A stretch of DNA of 32,000 nt from Candidatus Iainarchaeum sp. (GTDB lineage: Archaea > Iainarchaeota > Iainarchaeia > Iainarchaeales > CSSED10-239), in contig JBBISB010000002.1 in the NCBI GenBank assembly GCA_037441475.1, forward strand, positions 30,001 through 62,000. The letters are read 5' to 3'. A program made the position numbers and the translations under genes. Each line of letters begins with the position of its first letter. The first letter of the stretch is position 1. The notes beneath the pieces are model-generated. The model had not been told where the DNA came from. It saw only the letters and a list, made by a program, of their open reading frames with translations, and did no database searches. Shown piece after piece: positions 1 through 8,140 of the stretch.

Positions 1-395
1 TCAAGTCTATCTAAACCTAATATATATGTTGCTGAGTTTGAGATAAGACCAAAAGGATGAGCTATTGTTATCATATAATTTTTTTTAGAACAAAAATCAA
101 TTAATCTTCTTAAAGCAACTTTATTTTCATAAAGTATAGAATAGTTATACATCTCTTCATCAGAAGAGTAGACTAAGACCTCTCCTGAGTCTGTCATTAT
201 CTTTATTCCAGGTATTAATATTTTATCTTTAGGTTTATATTTTAAAAGATCTAAGTATGCTTTCTTTGGATCTAAATAATTATATTCAGTTATGGCTGTA
301 CCTAAAAGATTATTTTCACAAACTATTTTCCAATATTTCTTTACAGACTCTTTGTTTTTATGTAAGTGAGTGTGCAAATCTATGTTATAAAGCAT
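1..395 (-). CDS. PHP-domain metal-dependent phosphoesterase, N-terminal part (runs off the window start)
   Basis: Absent from the ORF track because it has no in-window stop. The ATG is the reverse complement of 393-395. Hand translation MLYNIDLHTHLHKNKESVKKYW...MITIAHPFGLISNSATYILGLDRL stays open to position 1. The N-terminal DLHTH and later AHP resemble PHP-family metal-ligand motifs. Confidence 0.55.
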   Translation of the reverse strand, partial: MLYNIDLHTHLHKNKESVKKYWKIVCENNLLGTAITEYNYLDPKKAYLDLLKYKPKDKILIPGIKIMTDSGEVLVYSSDEEMYNYSILYENKVALRRLIDFCSKKNYMITIAHPFGLISNSATYILGLDRL

Positions 396-534
396 ATTAT
401 ATATTTATAAACCTATTACTATATATTTATTTTGCTTATATAATATATATTATAGACACATAACTTAAGAATTATATTAATATTTACGATATAGTAAATA
501 ATTATTTAACAACAAAAAAAGGACGTGAACAAAA

Positions 535-1839
535 ATGAAAATAAAATGTTTAGGTGCTGGTCATGAAGTAGGAAGAAGTGGCTTTCTTGTTTCAGGCACC
601 GATAAGATACTGTTTGATTATGGTTTAAAGTTAAACCCAAGATATCTTAATGAAAAATCAGAAAAAATTGATTTTGAAGGAAATATAGAAGAACCTATTA
701 AAATAACAGAACAAATAGATGGAGTTATCTTAAGCCACGCACATTTAGATCATTCAGGAGACATACCTTCACTTTACAAGAAAAATTCTCCTAATCTTTT
801 TTTAACTCAAGCAACTTTAGATCTTTCATCTTTACTTTGGAAAGACACCTTAAAGATTGCAAAGTTTGAACAGAAAAAACCACCTTATGAAATTGATCAG
901 ATGTATGCTGCTTTAGATAGTGCTTTTTATTTAAAGTTAAGAAGCCCTACAGAAATTACAAAACATACAAAATTAACATTATACGATGCAGGGCACATTA
1001 CAGGAAGTGTTATATCTGTTCTTGAAATGGATGGTAAAAAAATAATGTATACTGGAGATTTTAGAGCATCAGAAAGTTCCTTATTTCCAGGTTATGATAA
1101 AGATTTACCAGAAGTGGATTATTTAATAATTGAAAGTACTTATGGTTCTTCAAATCACTTGCCTAGAAAAAAAATAGAGCAAGAACTAATATCTGAGATA
1201 CAAACAACTTTAAAGAAAAAAGGAACTGTTATGCTTGCATCTTTTGCTATTGAAAGAACACAAGAAATAATTAATCTTTTACATGACTATAAAATAAAAG
1301 TGCCTATCTATGTAGATGGTATGGGTGTTAAGGCAACAGATATTTTCTTAAGATATCCAGAATATTTTAAAAACTTTAAAGAGTTTAAGAAAGCAACATC
1401 AGAAGTAGTTTTTATTAAAAATAGTAAGATTAGAAAGAATGTTTTTAATGAAACAAAACCATGCATAATTGTTTCAACAGCAGGTATGCTTGAAGGTGGA
1501 CCAATGCTTTTATACCTTAAGGAGTTTGGAGATAGTAATATCAATAAATTAATAATGACAGGATACCAAGTAGAAGGAACAAATGGGCATAGGTTAAAAA
1601 CTACAGGTAAACTATTCATTGATGGGGCCCTTTATCAACCAAGATGTGAAGTTAAGCATGTTAGTTTTTCAGGACATCCTGATAAATATGAACTTATGGA
1701 GTTTGTAAATCTTGTAAACCCTAAAAAAGTTATTTGTATACATGGAGATACTCATGCTGTAAATGACTTTGTTGCTGACTTAAAGAAAGAAGGGTATGAG
1801 GCAGTAGCACCTATCACTGGTGAGACAGTAGAATTATAA
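535..1839 (+). CDS. Metallo-beta-lactamase / beta-CASP family RNase, archaeal CPSF-like without KH domains (aCPSF2-like)
   Basis: 434 aa ORF with the HxHxDH motif (SHAHLDHSGD). The downstream DAGH, ESTYG and C-terminal ICIHGD pattern is typical of beta-CASP nucleases. The size matches the KH-less archaeal group. Confidence 0.85.
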   Translation: MKIKCLGAGHEVGRSGFLVSGTDKILFDYGLKLNPRYLNEKSEKIDFEGNIEEPIKITEQIDGVILSHAHLDHSGDIPSLYKKNSPNLFLTQATLDLSSLLWKDTLKIAKFEQKKPPYEIDQMYAALDSAFYLKLRSPTEITKHTKLTLYDAGHITGSVISVLEMDGKKIMYTGDFRASESSLFPGYDKDLPEVDYLIIESTYGSSNHLPRKKIEQELISEIQTTLKKKGTVMLASFAIERTQEIINLLHDYKIKVPIYVDGMGVKATDIFLRYPEYFKNFKEFKKATSEVVFIKNSKIRKNVFNETKPCIIVSTAGMLEGGPMLLYLKEFGDSNINKLIMTGYQVEGTNGHRLKTTGKLFIDGALYQPRCEVKHVSFSGHPDKYELMEFVNLVNPKKVICIHGDTHAVNDFVADLKKEGYEAVAPITGETVEL

Positions 1840-1854
1840 AAGATTTGATTTTGT

Positions 1855-2613
1855 ATGAAGAGATTTTGTCCTAAATGTGGAAAAACAATAACTGAAGAAG
1901 GAATGATAAATAACTTTTGTATAGATTGTTATATGTCAGAAAATGAACTAATTAAAGTTCCAGAGATAGACATCTCTCTTTGTGTTAAATGTTTTAAGAT
2001 AAAGATGGGTAAGAAATGGTATAATAGCTTTGAAGGTTTAGAAGAAGACATTTCAAAGAGTATTAAATCAAAGGAACTATATCAACCAAAAGCAACTACT
2101 AAAGTAAACATTGATCTTGAAAATAATATCCATAATGCTGATATTACAGTTAACACCATTATAGGTAATAAATTTAAGGAACTTAATTATAATGTTAATA
2201 TCAATATTAAGAAAGATACTTGTGTTAGTTGTTCAAGGATTGCAGGAAACTACTATACAACCATCTTACAGTTAAGGTTTAATGATAAAAAATTACAAAA
2301 ATTAATTTATGATAAAATAATTGATGAAATATATACAATTATTAATTCCATTAATGAAAAGACAAGTAGACCTTCAGCAAACATAAATATTGTTAAAGAA
2401 GTTCCTCAAAAGAATGGAATTGATTTTTATACAGATAACTTGAAGTATACAAAAAATCTTGCTGTTCACCTAATGAAACATAAGAGTGCACTTGAAAGAA
2501 AGTATTCTAAAAGCCTTGTAGGTATTGATAAGGATGGTAAAGACCTTATAAGAACCACTATTTGTATACACTTTGGGTATAAGAAGTTAGATGTAATAAA
2601 AAGTGAAGAATAG
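1855..2613 (+). CDS. NMD3-family protein (archaeal homologue of the 60S export adaptor), short form
   Basis: Four CxxC pairs are arranged as in the NMD3 N-terminal domain (CPKCG, CIDCY, CVKCF, CVSCS). At 252 aa it is shorter than typical archaeal NMD3. It starts 15 nt after the upstream gene. Confidence 0.6.
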   Translation: MKRFCPKCGKTITEEGMINNFCIDCYMSENELIKVPEIDISLCVKCFKIKMGKKWYNSFEGLEEDISKSIKSKELYQPKATTKVNIDLENNIHNADITVNTIIGNKFKELNYNVNINIKKDTCVSCSRIAGNYYTTILQLRFNDKKLQKLIYDKIIDEIYTIINSINEKTSRPSANINIVKEVPQKNGIDFYTDNLKYTKNLAVHLMKHKSALERKYSKSLVGIDKDGKDLIRTTICIHFGYKKLDVIKSEE

Positions 2614-2635
2614 TTTTTTATTTTTTATAAAAAAA

Positions 2636-3292
2636 CTATTTCATTTTTCTAAGCTGACTTACCTTTCCTTTCATAGAGATTACTAAAAGTTTATCTTTCT
2701 TTTCAAGAAGCATACTATCTTCTGTGAACATAAACTTTCCAGCTCTGTAAAGACCAATGGTTCTAGTTTCTCCTGGTATCTTTTCATTAAAGAACTTAAC
2801 ATCTTTTCCTATGTACTTTGAATCATCGTCTAGAGAGATTTCTACAATTTCGGCATCTCCTTTGGAATAGAAAGTTAAGTCAAGAACATCAGGTTGAGTT
2901 ATTAGTTGAGTTATGTAACTTGCAGCAGCAGCTTCTGGATGAATAACAACATCAATACCTAATTTTTTAATAATAGGACCATGATAATGAACCTTGCTTA
3001 AAGAAACTGCAACTGTTTTTACCCCAAGCTCCTTTGCCATTAAGCCTATTATAAGGTTTGTTTCATCTATTTCTGTTAAAGATATTAAAATGTCTGCATG
3101 ATCAATTCCTGCTTTCTCTAAAACTGAAGGTTCAGTTCCGTTTCCTGTAATTGAAACAATATCTAAGTCATTAGAAACTTTTTGACTTCTTAATGAATCT
3201 TTTTCAACAACAACTACATCATGGTTTTCAGAAATTAAAAGCTCTGTCACATAATAACCTAAATTTCCACATCCAACAACTATAATATACAT
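2636..3292 (-). CDS. trkA: Trk potassium uptake system, NAD-binding subunit TrkA (RCK N + C domains)
   Basis: N-terminal Rossmann motif IIVVGCGNLG. The 218 aa length fits TrkA-N plus TrkA-C. It lies directly downstream of trkH on the same strand. Confidence 0.85.
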   Translation of the reverse strand: MYIIVVGCGNLGYYVTELLISENHDVVVVEKDSLRSQKVSNDLDIVSITGNGTEPSVLEKAGIDHADILISLTEIDETNLIIGLMAKELGVKTVAVSLSKVHYHGPIIKKLGIDVVIHPEAAAASYITQLITQPDVLDLTFYSKGDAEIVEISLDDDSKYIGKDVKFFNEKIPGETRTIGLYRAGKFMFTEDSMLLEKKDKLLVISMKGKVSQLRKMK

Positions 3293-3311
3293 ATATCATC
3301 ATCCCTTAAAT

Positions 3312-4775
3312 TTATACTAAATATTTTCTTGAAAAAAGAATACCTAAAACAGAAAGTAGTGGTATTATCTCAAGTCTCCCAACCCACATATTAACTATAA
3401 GCATTACCTTTAAACTACCATGTATTGAACTATCTGTTAAACCTGTTGATATTCCAACATTACTTTGTGCTGAAATTACCTCAAAGACACTTTCTTGTAA
3501 ACCATAACCATGGAAGGTGAAAAATAAAACACCTAAAACAATAAAGAAAAGATACATGAATATTAAAAAATAAACAAACCTTATCTTTGCATTATCGACT
3601 ATTTCTCCATTGTATCTTTTAGAAAAATAAGCAATGTCTGGTAGATTTAATTGTCTTATTCTCCAAAAAATAGATTTTATGGAAAGAATTAATCTTTCAA
3701 CCTTTATACCACCTGTAGTTGAACCAGTTGATCCACCTACAAACATTAAAATTAAAAAAATTAAGAAAATAAATGGAGAAACAGATAAAAGATTACTACT
3801 TGCAAAAGTTGTAAAACCACCACAAGAGGTCATACCAACAACTGTTAATAAGACAATTATAAAATCTGCAGACCCTCTTAATTTTAAGAAAATTAAAATT
3901 GCTGCAAAGAACATTATTACAAGCATATAAAGAAACTGCTTGTCTTTAAGATAAACCTTAAAGGATCTTTTAAAATAAAAACTAAAATGTAAAAGAAAGG
4001 AGGTTGCACCTAAAATCATTAAGAATATTAAAGTAACATATATTGGAAGATTACCTATAATCTCTAAACTTTGAGAATTAGATTGAGAACCGGTTGTTGA
4101 AACAGCTGACATAGAATAATTGAAGGAATCAAATAAAGTCATTCCAAAAATATTTAAAAGAATAACACCTATCAAGGTTATTACAAGGTATATTATCCAC
4201 ATATCAATAATTGTTCTCTTAATGTTAGGTCTTATCCTTTCATGTCCTTCAGCTGAAATTAATTTTGAAGAACCAGAAAAACCTTTCATGAAACCAAAAA
4301 AGGCTAAGACAATAATACCAATCCCACCTATCCATGAGATAAAGGATCTCCAAAGAGAAAGACTTTTTAAAGGAGGAACAAGGTTATCATACATTGTAAG
4401 CCCAGTGGTTGTTAAAGAAGACATGGATTCAAAATAAGAATCAAGTAAACTCATTTCTGGAGATAAGAAATAAAAGGGAAGAGAGGTAAAGAAAGCATAT
4501 AAAAGCCATACAAAGACAACAACTATTAAGGCCTGTGTTAAGGTTATTGAAAAAAGGTTATCGCTACCTAAAACTTTTTTTTTAGTTATTGATTTTTCTA
4601 AAAGGTATCCTAAAAGAAAAGTAAATAAAAATATTAAAAAATAAACTAAAGAAACATTTATTCCTTCTTTAAAGATAAAAGAAAAGATTACTGGAAAAAG
4701 AAGAGTAAAGCTACTGTAAAAAAGAATCTGGCCTGTTGACTTAAAGACATTTTTATAGTTCCAGTAATAGCTCAT
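3312..4775 (-). CDS. trkH: Trk/Ktr-type potassium transporter membrane subunit
   Basis: 487 aa polytopic membrane protein with repeated selectivity-filter-like motifs (SLTTTGL, VSTTGS, GGSTGSTTGGIKV, NVGISTG). Paired with trkA. Confidence 0.85.
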   Translation of the reverse strand: MSYYWNYKNVFKSTGQILFYSSFTLLFPVIFSFIFKEGINVSLVYFLIFLFTFLLGYLLEKSITKKKVLGSDNLFSITLTQALIVVVFVWLLYAFFTSLPFYFLSPEMSLLDSYFESMSSLTTTGLTMYDNLVPPLKSLSLWRSFISWIGGIGIIVLAFFGFMKGFSGSSKLISAEGHERIRPNIKRTIIDMWIIYLVITLIGVILLNIFGMTLFDSFNYSMSAVSTTGSQSNSQSLEIIGNLPIYVTLIFLMILGATSFLLHFSFYFKRSFKVYLKDKQFLYMLVIMFFAAILIFLKLRGSADFIIVLLTVVGMTSCGGFTTFASSNLLSVSPFIFLIFLILMFVGGSTGSTTGGIKVERLILSIKSIFWRIRQLNLPDIAYFSKRYNGEIVDNAKIRFVYFLIFMYLFFIVLGVLFFTFHGYGLQESVFEVISAQSNVGISTGLTDSSIHGSLKVMLIVNMWVGRLEIIPLLSVLGILFSRKYLV

Positions 4776-4965
4776 ATATCTTTCTTCTAACCTTTATTTA
4801 TTATAAATTTATAATATATAGGTTATAGTAAGTATTTTTAAAGATATATTTTTAAAAGAAATAAAAAATATTAAGGTTTGTAAAAAAAAGAATTTATTTT
4901 TAGTAATAAAAATAAATTAAATGAGGACCATTAAGCATTTTATAAAAAGTAGAAAAAGAAATGGA

Positions 4966-4993
4966 AATAGTGTTTTTTTTAAAAAACACTATT
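4966..4993 (-). terminator. Perfect palindrome containing a T8/A6 run, likely terminator or insulator between the micro-ORF pair and the trkH promoter region
   Basis: AATAGTGTTTTTT-TT-AAAAAACACTATT has 13-nt perfectly complementary arms. It sits 44 nt downstream of the stop of the 5037-5096 ORF. Archaeal termination uses oligo-T tracts. Confidence 0.4.
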
Positions 4994-5036
4994 ATATAAA
5001 AAGTTTTTAAAAATTAAGGTATAATATCTTTAGACC

Positions 5037-5096
5037 TTATTTTTTCTTTTTAGCAACAGGTTTAGCAGCAGGTTTAGCAGCTTTTTTTTGAGCCAT
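5037..5096 (-). CDS. Micro-ORF, 19 aa Lys/Ala/Pro-rich basic peptide (MAQKKAAKPAAKPVAKKKK)
   Basis: Hand-translated; below the ORF-track length cut-off. ATG at revcomp 5094-5096, TAA at revcomp 5037-5039. GGGGGAG lies 9 nt upstream of the ATG in otherwise AT-rich DNA. A palindromic terminator follows. Confidence 0.3.
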   Translation of the reverse strand: MAQKKAAKPAAKPVAKKKK

Positions 5097-5140
5097 TTTA
5101 TTTCTCCCCCTTTTATAAAAACTTATAAATATTATTGTGC

Positions 5141-5320
5141 TTAATAGTCATCATCATCGTCGTCTTCGTCAATTACTGGCTTTGATGGTTTCTTTTTAAA
5201 GTCTTCTTTAAGATCTTCGTCATCTTCAAAGTCATCTTCAAAGTCATCTTCATCAAAATCTTCGTAAACTTCTTCGTCGTCGTAGTCTTTCTTCGCCATT
5301 GCAATAAATGATTTGCTCAT
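5141..5320 (-). CDS. Small (59 aa) extremely acidic protein with acidic-aromatic repeats
   Basis: Hand-translated: MSKSFIAMAKKDYDDEEVYEDFDEDDFEDDFEDDEDLKEDFKKKPSKPVIDEDDDDDDY. ATG at revcomp 5318-5320, TAA at revcomp 5141-5143, 180 nt in frame. GGGGGA lies about 11 nt upstream of the ATG. Uses GAC/TAC/GCG codons that are unusual for this AT-rich window. Confidence 0.45.
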   Translation of the reverse strand: MSKSFIAMAKKDYDDEEVYEDFDEDDFEDDFEDDEDLKEDFKKKPSKPVIDEDDDDDDY

Positions 5321-5536
5321 ATGACCATTTCCCCCAATTATTTACCAATAATTAATTATTGATAGATATATATTTTAAAGAGGCAGCTAAGCTTTTAAAT
5401 CTTACTCTGCACTAAAAATCATAGATAAGATTTAAATACTTATTTGTAGTATATTTAATGAGATATTATTAATACCCTTGAAAGCTTATTTTATAATAAC
5501 TCTTAAAAAATATTCAAGAAATGAAGAAAAAGATAA

Positions 5537-5567
5537 CTCTAAATAGCTAATATACAACTATTTAGAG
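5537..5567 (-). terminator. Hairpin plus U-rich tail downstream of aspS
   Basis: CTCTAAATAG (5537-5546) and CTATTTAGAG (5558-5567) form a 10-bp stem with an 11-nt loop, 20 nt after the aspS stop. On the transcribed strand it is followed by UUAUCUUUUUCUUC. Confidence 0.35.
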
Positions 5568-5587
5568 GTTTTAGTAAAAGACACATT

Positions 5588-6916
5588 TTATGGATTTAAT
5601 CTATCTGTATCTCTTGGAAGGAAGGTTACTTCTCTAACGTTTTTCATGTCAAGCATTAACATTAAAAACCTTGTAGGGCTTATAGCAAAGCCACCGTGAG
5701 GAGGGCAACCATATCTAAAGAAATTTAAATAATCCTGTATTAAATCAAGATTGATTTTCTTTTCAACAGCCTGTTCTCTTAAGATATCTGTTCTGTGTTC
5801 TCTTTGAGCACCAGTTGTAACTTCAACACCTTTCCATATAAGGTCAAAACTTTTTGTAAGTCCATCTTCTTTTTTCATATGATAAAATGGTCTTGCTGAG
5901 TAAGGGTAATCTTTGATAAAAACAAACTCATGATTAAAAGTTTCTTTAACATATTCAAAAATTAATTTTTCTCCATCTGCATCAAGATCATCTTCAGGTC
6001 CCTTATATCCTTTTTTTCTTACAATCTCTTGAGCTTCTTTCATTGTAAGTCTTGGGAATGGAAGAGGAGGAACAATAACTTCTTGATTGAAGATATTTTT
6101 AATTTCTTCACCATATTCTTCTTTTATTCTTCCTATAAAATAATTAATCCAAGATTCTTCTAAATGCATTACATCTTCATGAGAATCAATATATGAAATT
6201 TCCATATCAATCATTGTAAATTCTGTATCATGTCTTGATGTGTGAGAAGGATTAGCTCTGAAAACAGGATTGATTTCAAATATTTTTTCAAAACCAGCAG
6301 ACATTGCCATTTGTTTATAGAATTGTGGAGACTGTGCAAGGTAAGCTCTTTTTCCAAAATAATCTACAGAAAAAAGTTCAGCACCAGATTCGCTTGGAGC
6401 ACCCATAAACTTAGGAGAATGTATTTGTATAAATTCATTTTTTGCCCAAAACTCTCTCATTGCTTTTTCCATAAAAGTGCCTATCTTAAAGATTAAAAGA
6501 TTTTTAGGTTTTCTTAAATCAATCCACCTATAATCAAGTCTTTTTGAAAGATCAGCAGAGTCTTTTCCTAAAACAACTTGTATTGGAAGATTAACATCTG
6601 CTGTTGAAAGAATTTCAATGTTTTTCACTAAAAGTTCAATTTCATTTTCAGTAACCTCTTGACCCTTAACTGTTGCTTTTTGAACAACACCTTTAACTGA
6701 AATTACTGACTCTCTTGTAATATTTTTTATATCTTCAAAAGAAGCTGAATCACTTGTAACTACAAGCTGTACTATTCCAGAATTATCTCTTAAAAGTAAA
6801 AAAGCTATTTTACTTTGTGCTCTTATTTCATGTACAAAACCCTTAAGTAGGACTTCTTGAGAAACTTTATTATTTAATTGATTAACTTTTGTTCTTTCCA
6901 TATTTAAAAACCTCAT
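5588..6916 (-). CDS. aspS: Aspartyl-tRNA synthetase, archaeal/eukaryal type
   Basis: About 440 aa, the short archaeal-type length. It has an N-terminal OB-fold-like region (LLKGFVHEIR), class II motif 2 (FRANPSHTSRHDTEF) and motif 3 region (GGFAISPTRFLM). The second ATG at revcomp 6899-6901 (MERTKVNQL) is an equally plausible start. Confidence 0.9.
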   Translation of the reverse strand: MRFLNMERTKVNQLNNKVSQEVLLKGFVHEIRAQSKIAFLLLRDNSGIVQLVVTSDSASFEDIKNITRESVISVKGVVQKATVKGQEVTENEIELLVKNIEILSTADVNLPIQVVLGKDSADLSKRLDYRWIDLRKPKNLLIFKIGTFMEKAMREFWAKNEFIQIHSPKFMGAPSESGAELFSVDYFGKRAYLAQSPQFYKQMAMSAGFEKIFEINPVFRANPSHTSRHDTEFTMIDMEISYIDSHEDVMHLEESWINYFIGRIKEEYGEEIKNIFNQEVIVPPLPFPRLTMKEAQEIVRKKGYKGPEDDLDADGEKLIFEYVKETFNHEFVFIKDYPYSARPFYHMKKEDGLTKSFDLIWKGVEVTTGAQREHRTDILREQAVEKKINLDLIQDYLNFFRYGCPPHGGFAISPTRFLMLMLDMKNVREVTFLPRDTDRLNP

Positions 6917-7022
6917 AAAACTATCGTCTATATCGAATATATATAATATAATTAAAATAATTTATATATGTTACTAATGGAAAAAAAGTGAAAATTTAAA
7001 AATAATAATAATATTTAAAAAG

Positions 7023-7097
7023 CAGACCGGATGGGATTTGAACCCACGATCCCAAGCTTAGGAGGCTTGTGCGATATCCAGGCTTCGCTACCGGTCT
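7023..7097 (-). tRNA. tRNA-Arg (anticodon CCU)
   Basis: Hand-folded 75-nt cloverleaf. Acceptor AGACCGG/CCGGUCU, D arm GCGA-AGCCUGGAUA-UCGC, anticodon arm CAAGC-CUCCUAA-GCUUG, variable GGAUC, T arm GUGGG-UUCAAAU-CCCAU, discriminator G. No encoded CCA and no intron. Confidence 0.9.
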
Positions 7098-7098
7098 T

Positions 7099-7455
7099 TT
7101 ATTTGCCAAAAGTTATTTTTTTACAAGTTACAACCAAAACACCTTTACAAGGAAAACCTTTATTCTCTTTTAAACCTTTTACAAAATCATAATATTTTCC
7201 AGAGGTTTTATAATCTACTTTTCCAGAGATATATAGAAAACCTTCTTTTAAAGAACCAACACATAAAGACACAACATTATTTTCTAAAAGATTATCTTTA
7301 GTAACTTTCATATAATTGTCTGTTATTAAAAGCTTATTTTCAAAAACCTTACAATCTTGACAAACAATAACATGTGGTTTTGATGATTTTGAAGAGGTTG
7401 AAATAAAAATTAAATTACTTTCAATTAACTTTTTATTATCATTTAATAAATCCAT
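7099..7455 (-). CDS. Pyridoxamine 5'-phosphate oxidase-like (FMN-binding split-barrel) family protein
   Basis: The pattern LIFISTSSKSSKPHVIVCQD...ITDNYMKVTKDNLLENNVVSLCV resembles small PNPOx-like proteins. The track start at 7464 is TTG; the ATG at revcomp 7453-7455 (MDLLNDNKK) is preferred. The stop lies 1 nt from the tRNA-Arg 5' end. Confidence 0.5.
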   Translation of the reverse strand: MDLLNDNKKLIESNLIFISTSSKSSKPHVIVCQDCKVFENKLLITDNYMKVTKDNLLENNVVSLCVGSLKEGFLYISGKVDYKTSGKYYDFVKGLKENKGFPCKGVLVVTCKKITFGK

Positions 7456-7570
7456 AAAAACCAACCTTTTTAAATCATTGCAATATTACAAATATATAAG
7501 TATACTTAAATTTATATTATATTTGTTTTATATATTATTATAGAAAAATAACTTGTAAATAAGAATAACT

Positions 7571-8131
7571 ATGACAAAAGACATTTTAATCTTTCTAGGA
7601 CCTCAAGGAAGCGGAAAAAGCACACAAGCTGAAATTATTTCTAAACAGAAAAAATACACATATATTGTTGAATCTGATTTATTAAAAGAGTTTACTTTAC
7701 AAAACACTAAAGAAGCTAAGATGGTAAAAGAAATGATGACGAGAGGAGAAATGATTCCTTTTGAGATATCCTGTGAAGTTTTATTTAACAAGATAAAAAA
7801 AGTTAAAAATAAAAAAATAATTGTAGATGGCTTTCCAAGACTTATAGACCAAACATATGTCTTAGATTATTTTGTTTACAAACACAAGCATAATCTTCAA
7901 GGTATAGTGTATATTGACCTGCCAAAAAAAGAATGTGTAAAAAGATTACTTTTAAGAAAAAGAGAAGATGATACAATAGATGTCATTAATAGAAGATTAC
8001 AGATATACTTTGAAAAAACAAAAGTTGTTTTAGAGCATTACCAAAAGAAAGGTAAATTAATAGAAATTAATGGAAACCAAACAATAGAAAATGTTACAAA
8101 AGAAATAATTAACAAAACTAAAAGATTATAG
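7571..8131 (+). CDS. adk: Adenylate kinase, short (lid-less) type
   Basis: P-loop GPQGSGKSTQ, the DGFPR motif and the RKREDD...RRLQIY region typical of Adk/UMP-CMP kinase folds. 186 aa. Confidence 0.85.
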   Translation: MTKDILIFLGPQGSGKSTQAEIISKQKKYTYIVESDLLKEFTLQNTKEAKMVKEMMTRGEMIPFEISCEVLFNKIKKVKNKKIIVDGFPRLIDQTYVLDYFVYKHKHNLQGIVYIDLPKKECVKRLLLRKREDDTIDVINRRLQIYFEKTKVVLEHYQKKGKLIEINGNQTIENVTKEIINKTKRL

Positions 8132-8140
8132 TGTGAAGTT

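Noticed and set aside
257-463. 68-aa + strand ORF at the window start
   Set aside because: It overlaps the better-supported - strand PHP-domain gene and its AT-rich upstream region. The peptide is low-complexity Y/I/L-rich.
3293-3311. GGGATGATGAT between trkH and trkA, considered as a box C motif of a - strand sRNA
   Set aside because: No matching D box, guide or terminal stem is present. It sits exactly where the trkA ribosome-binding site is expected.
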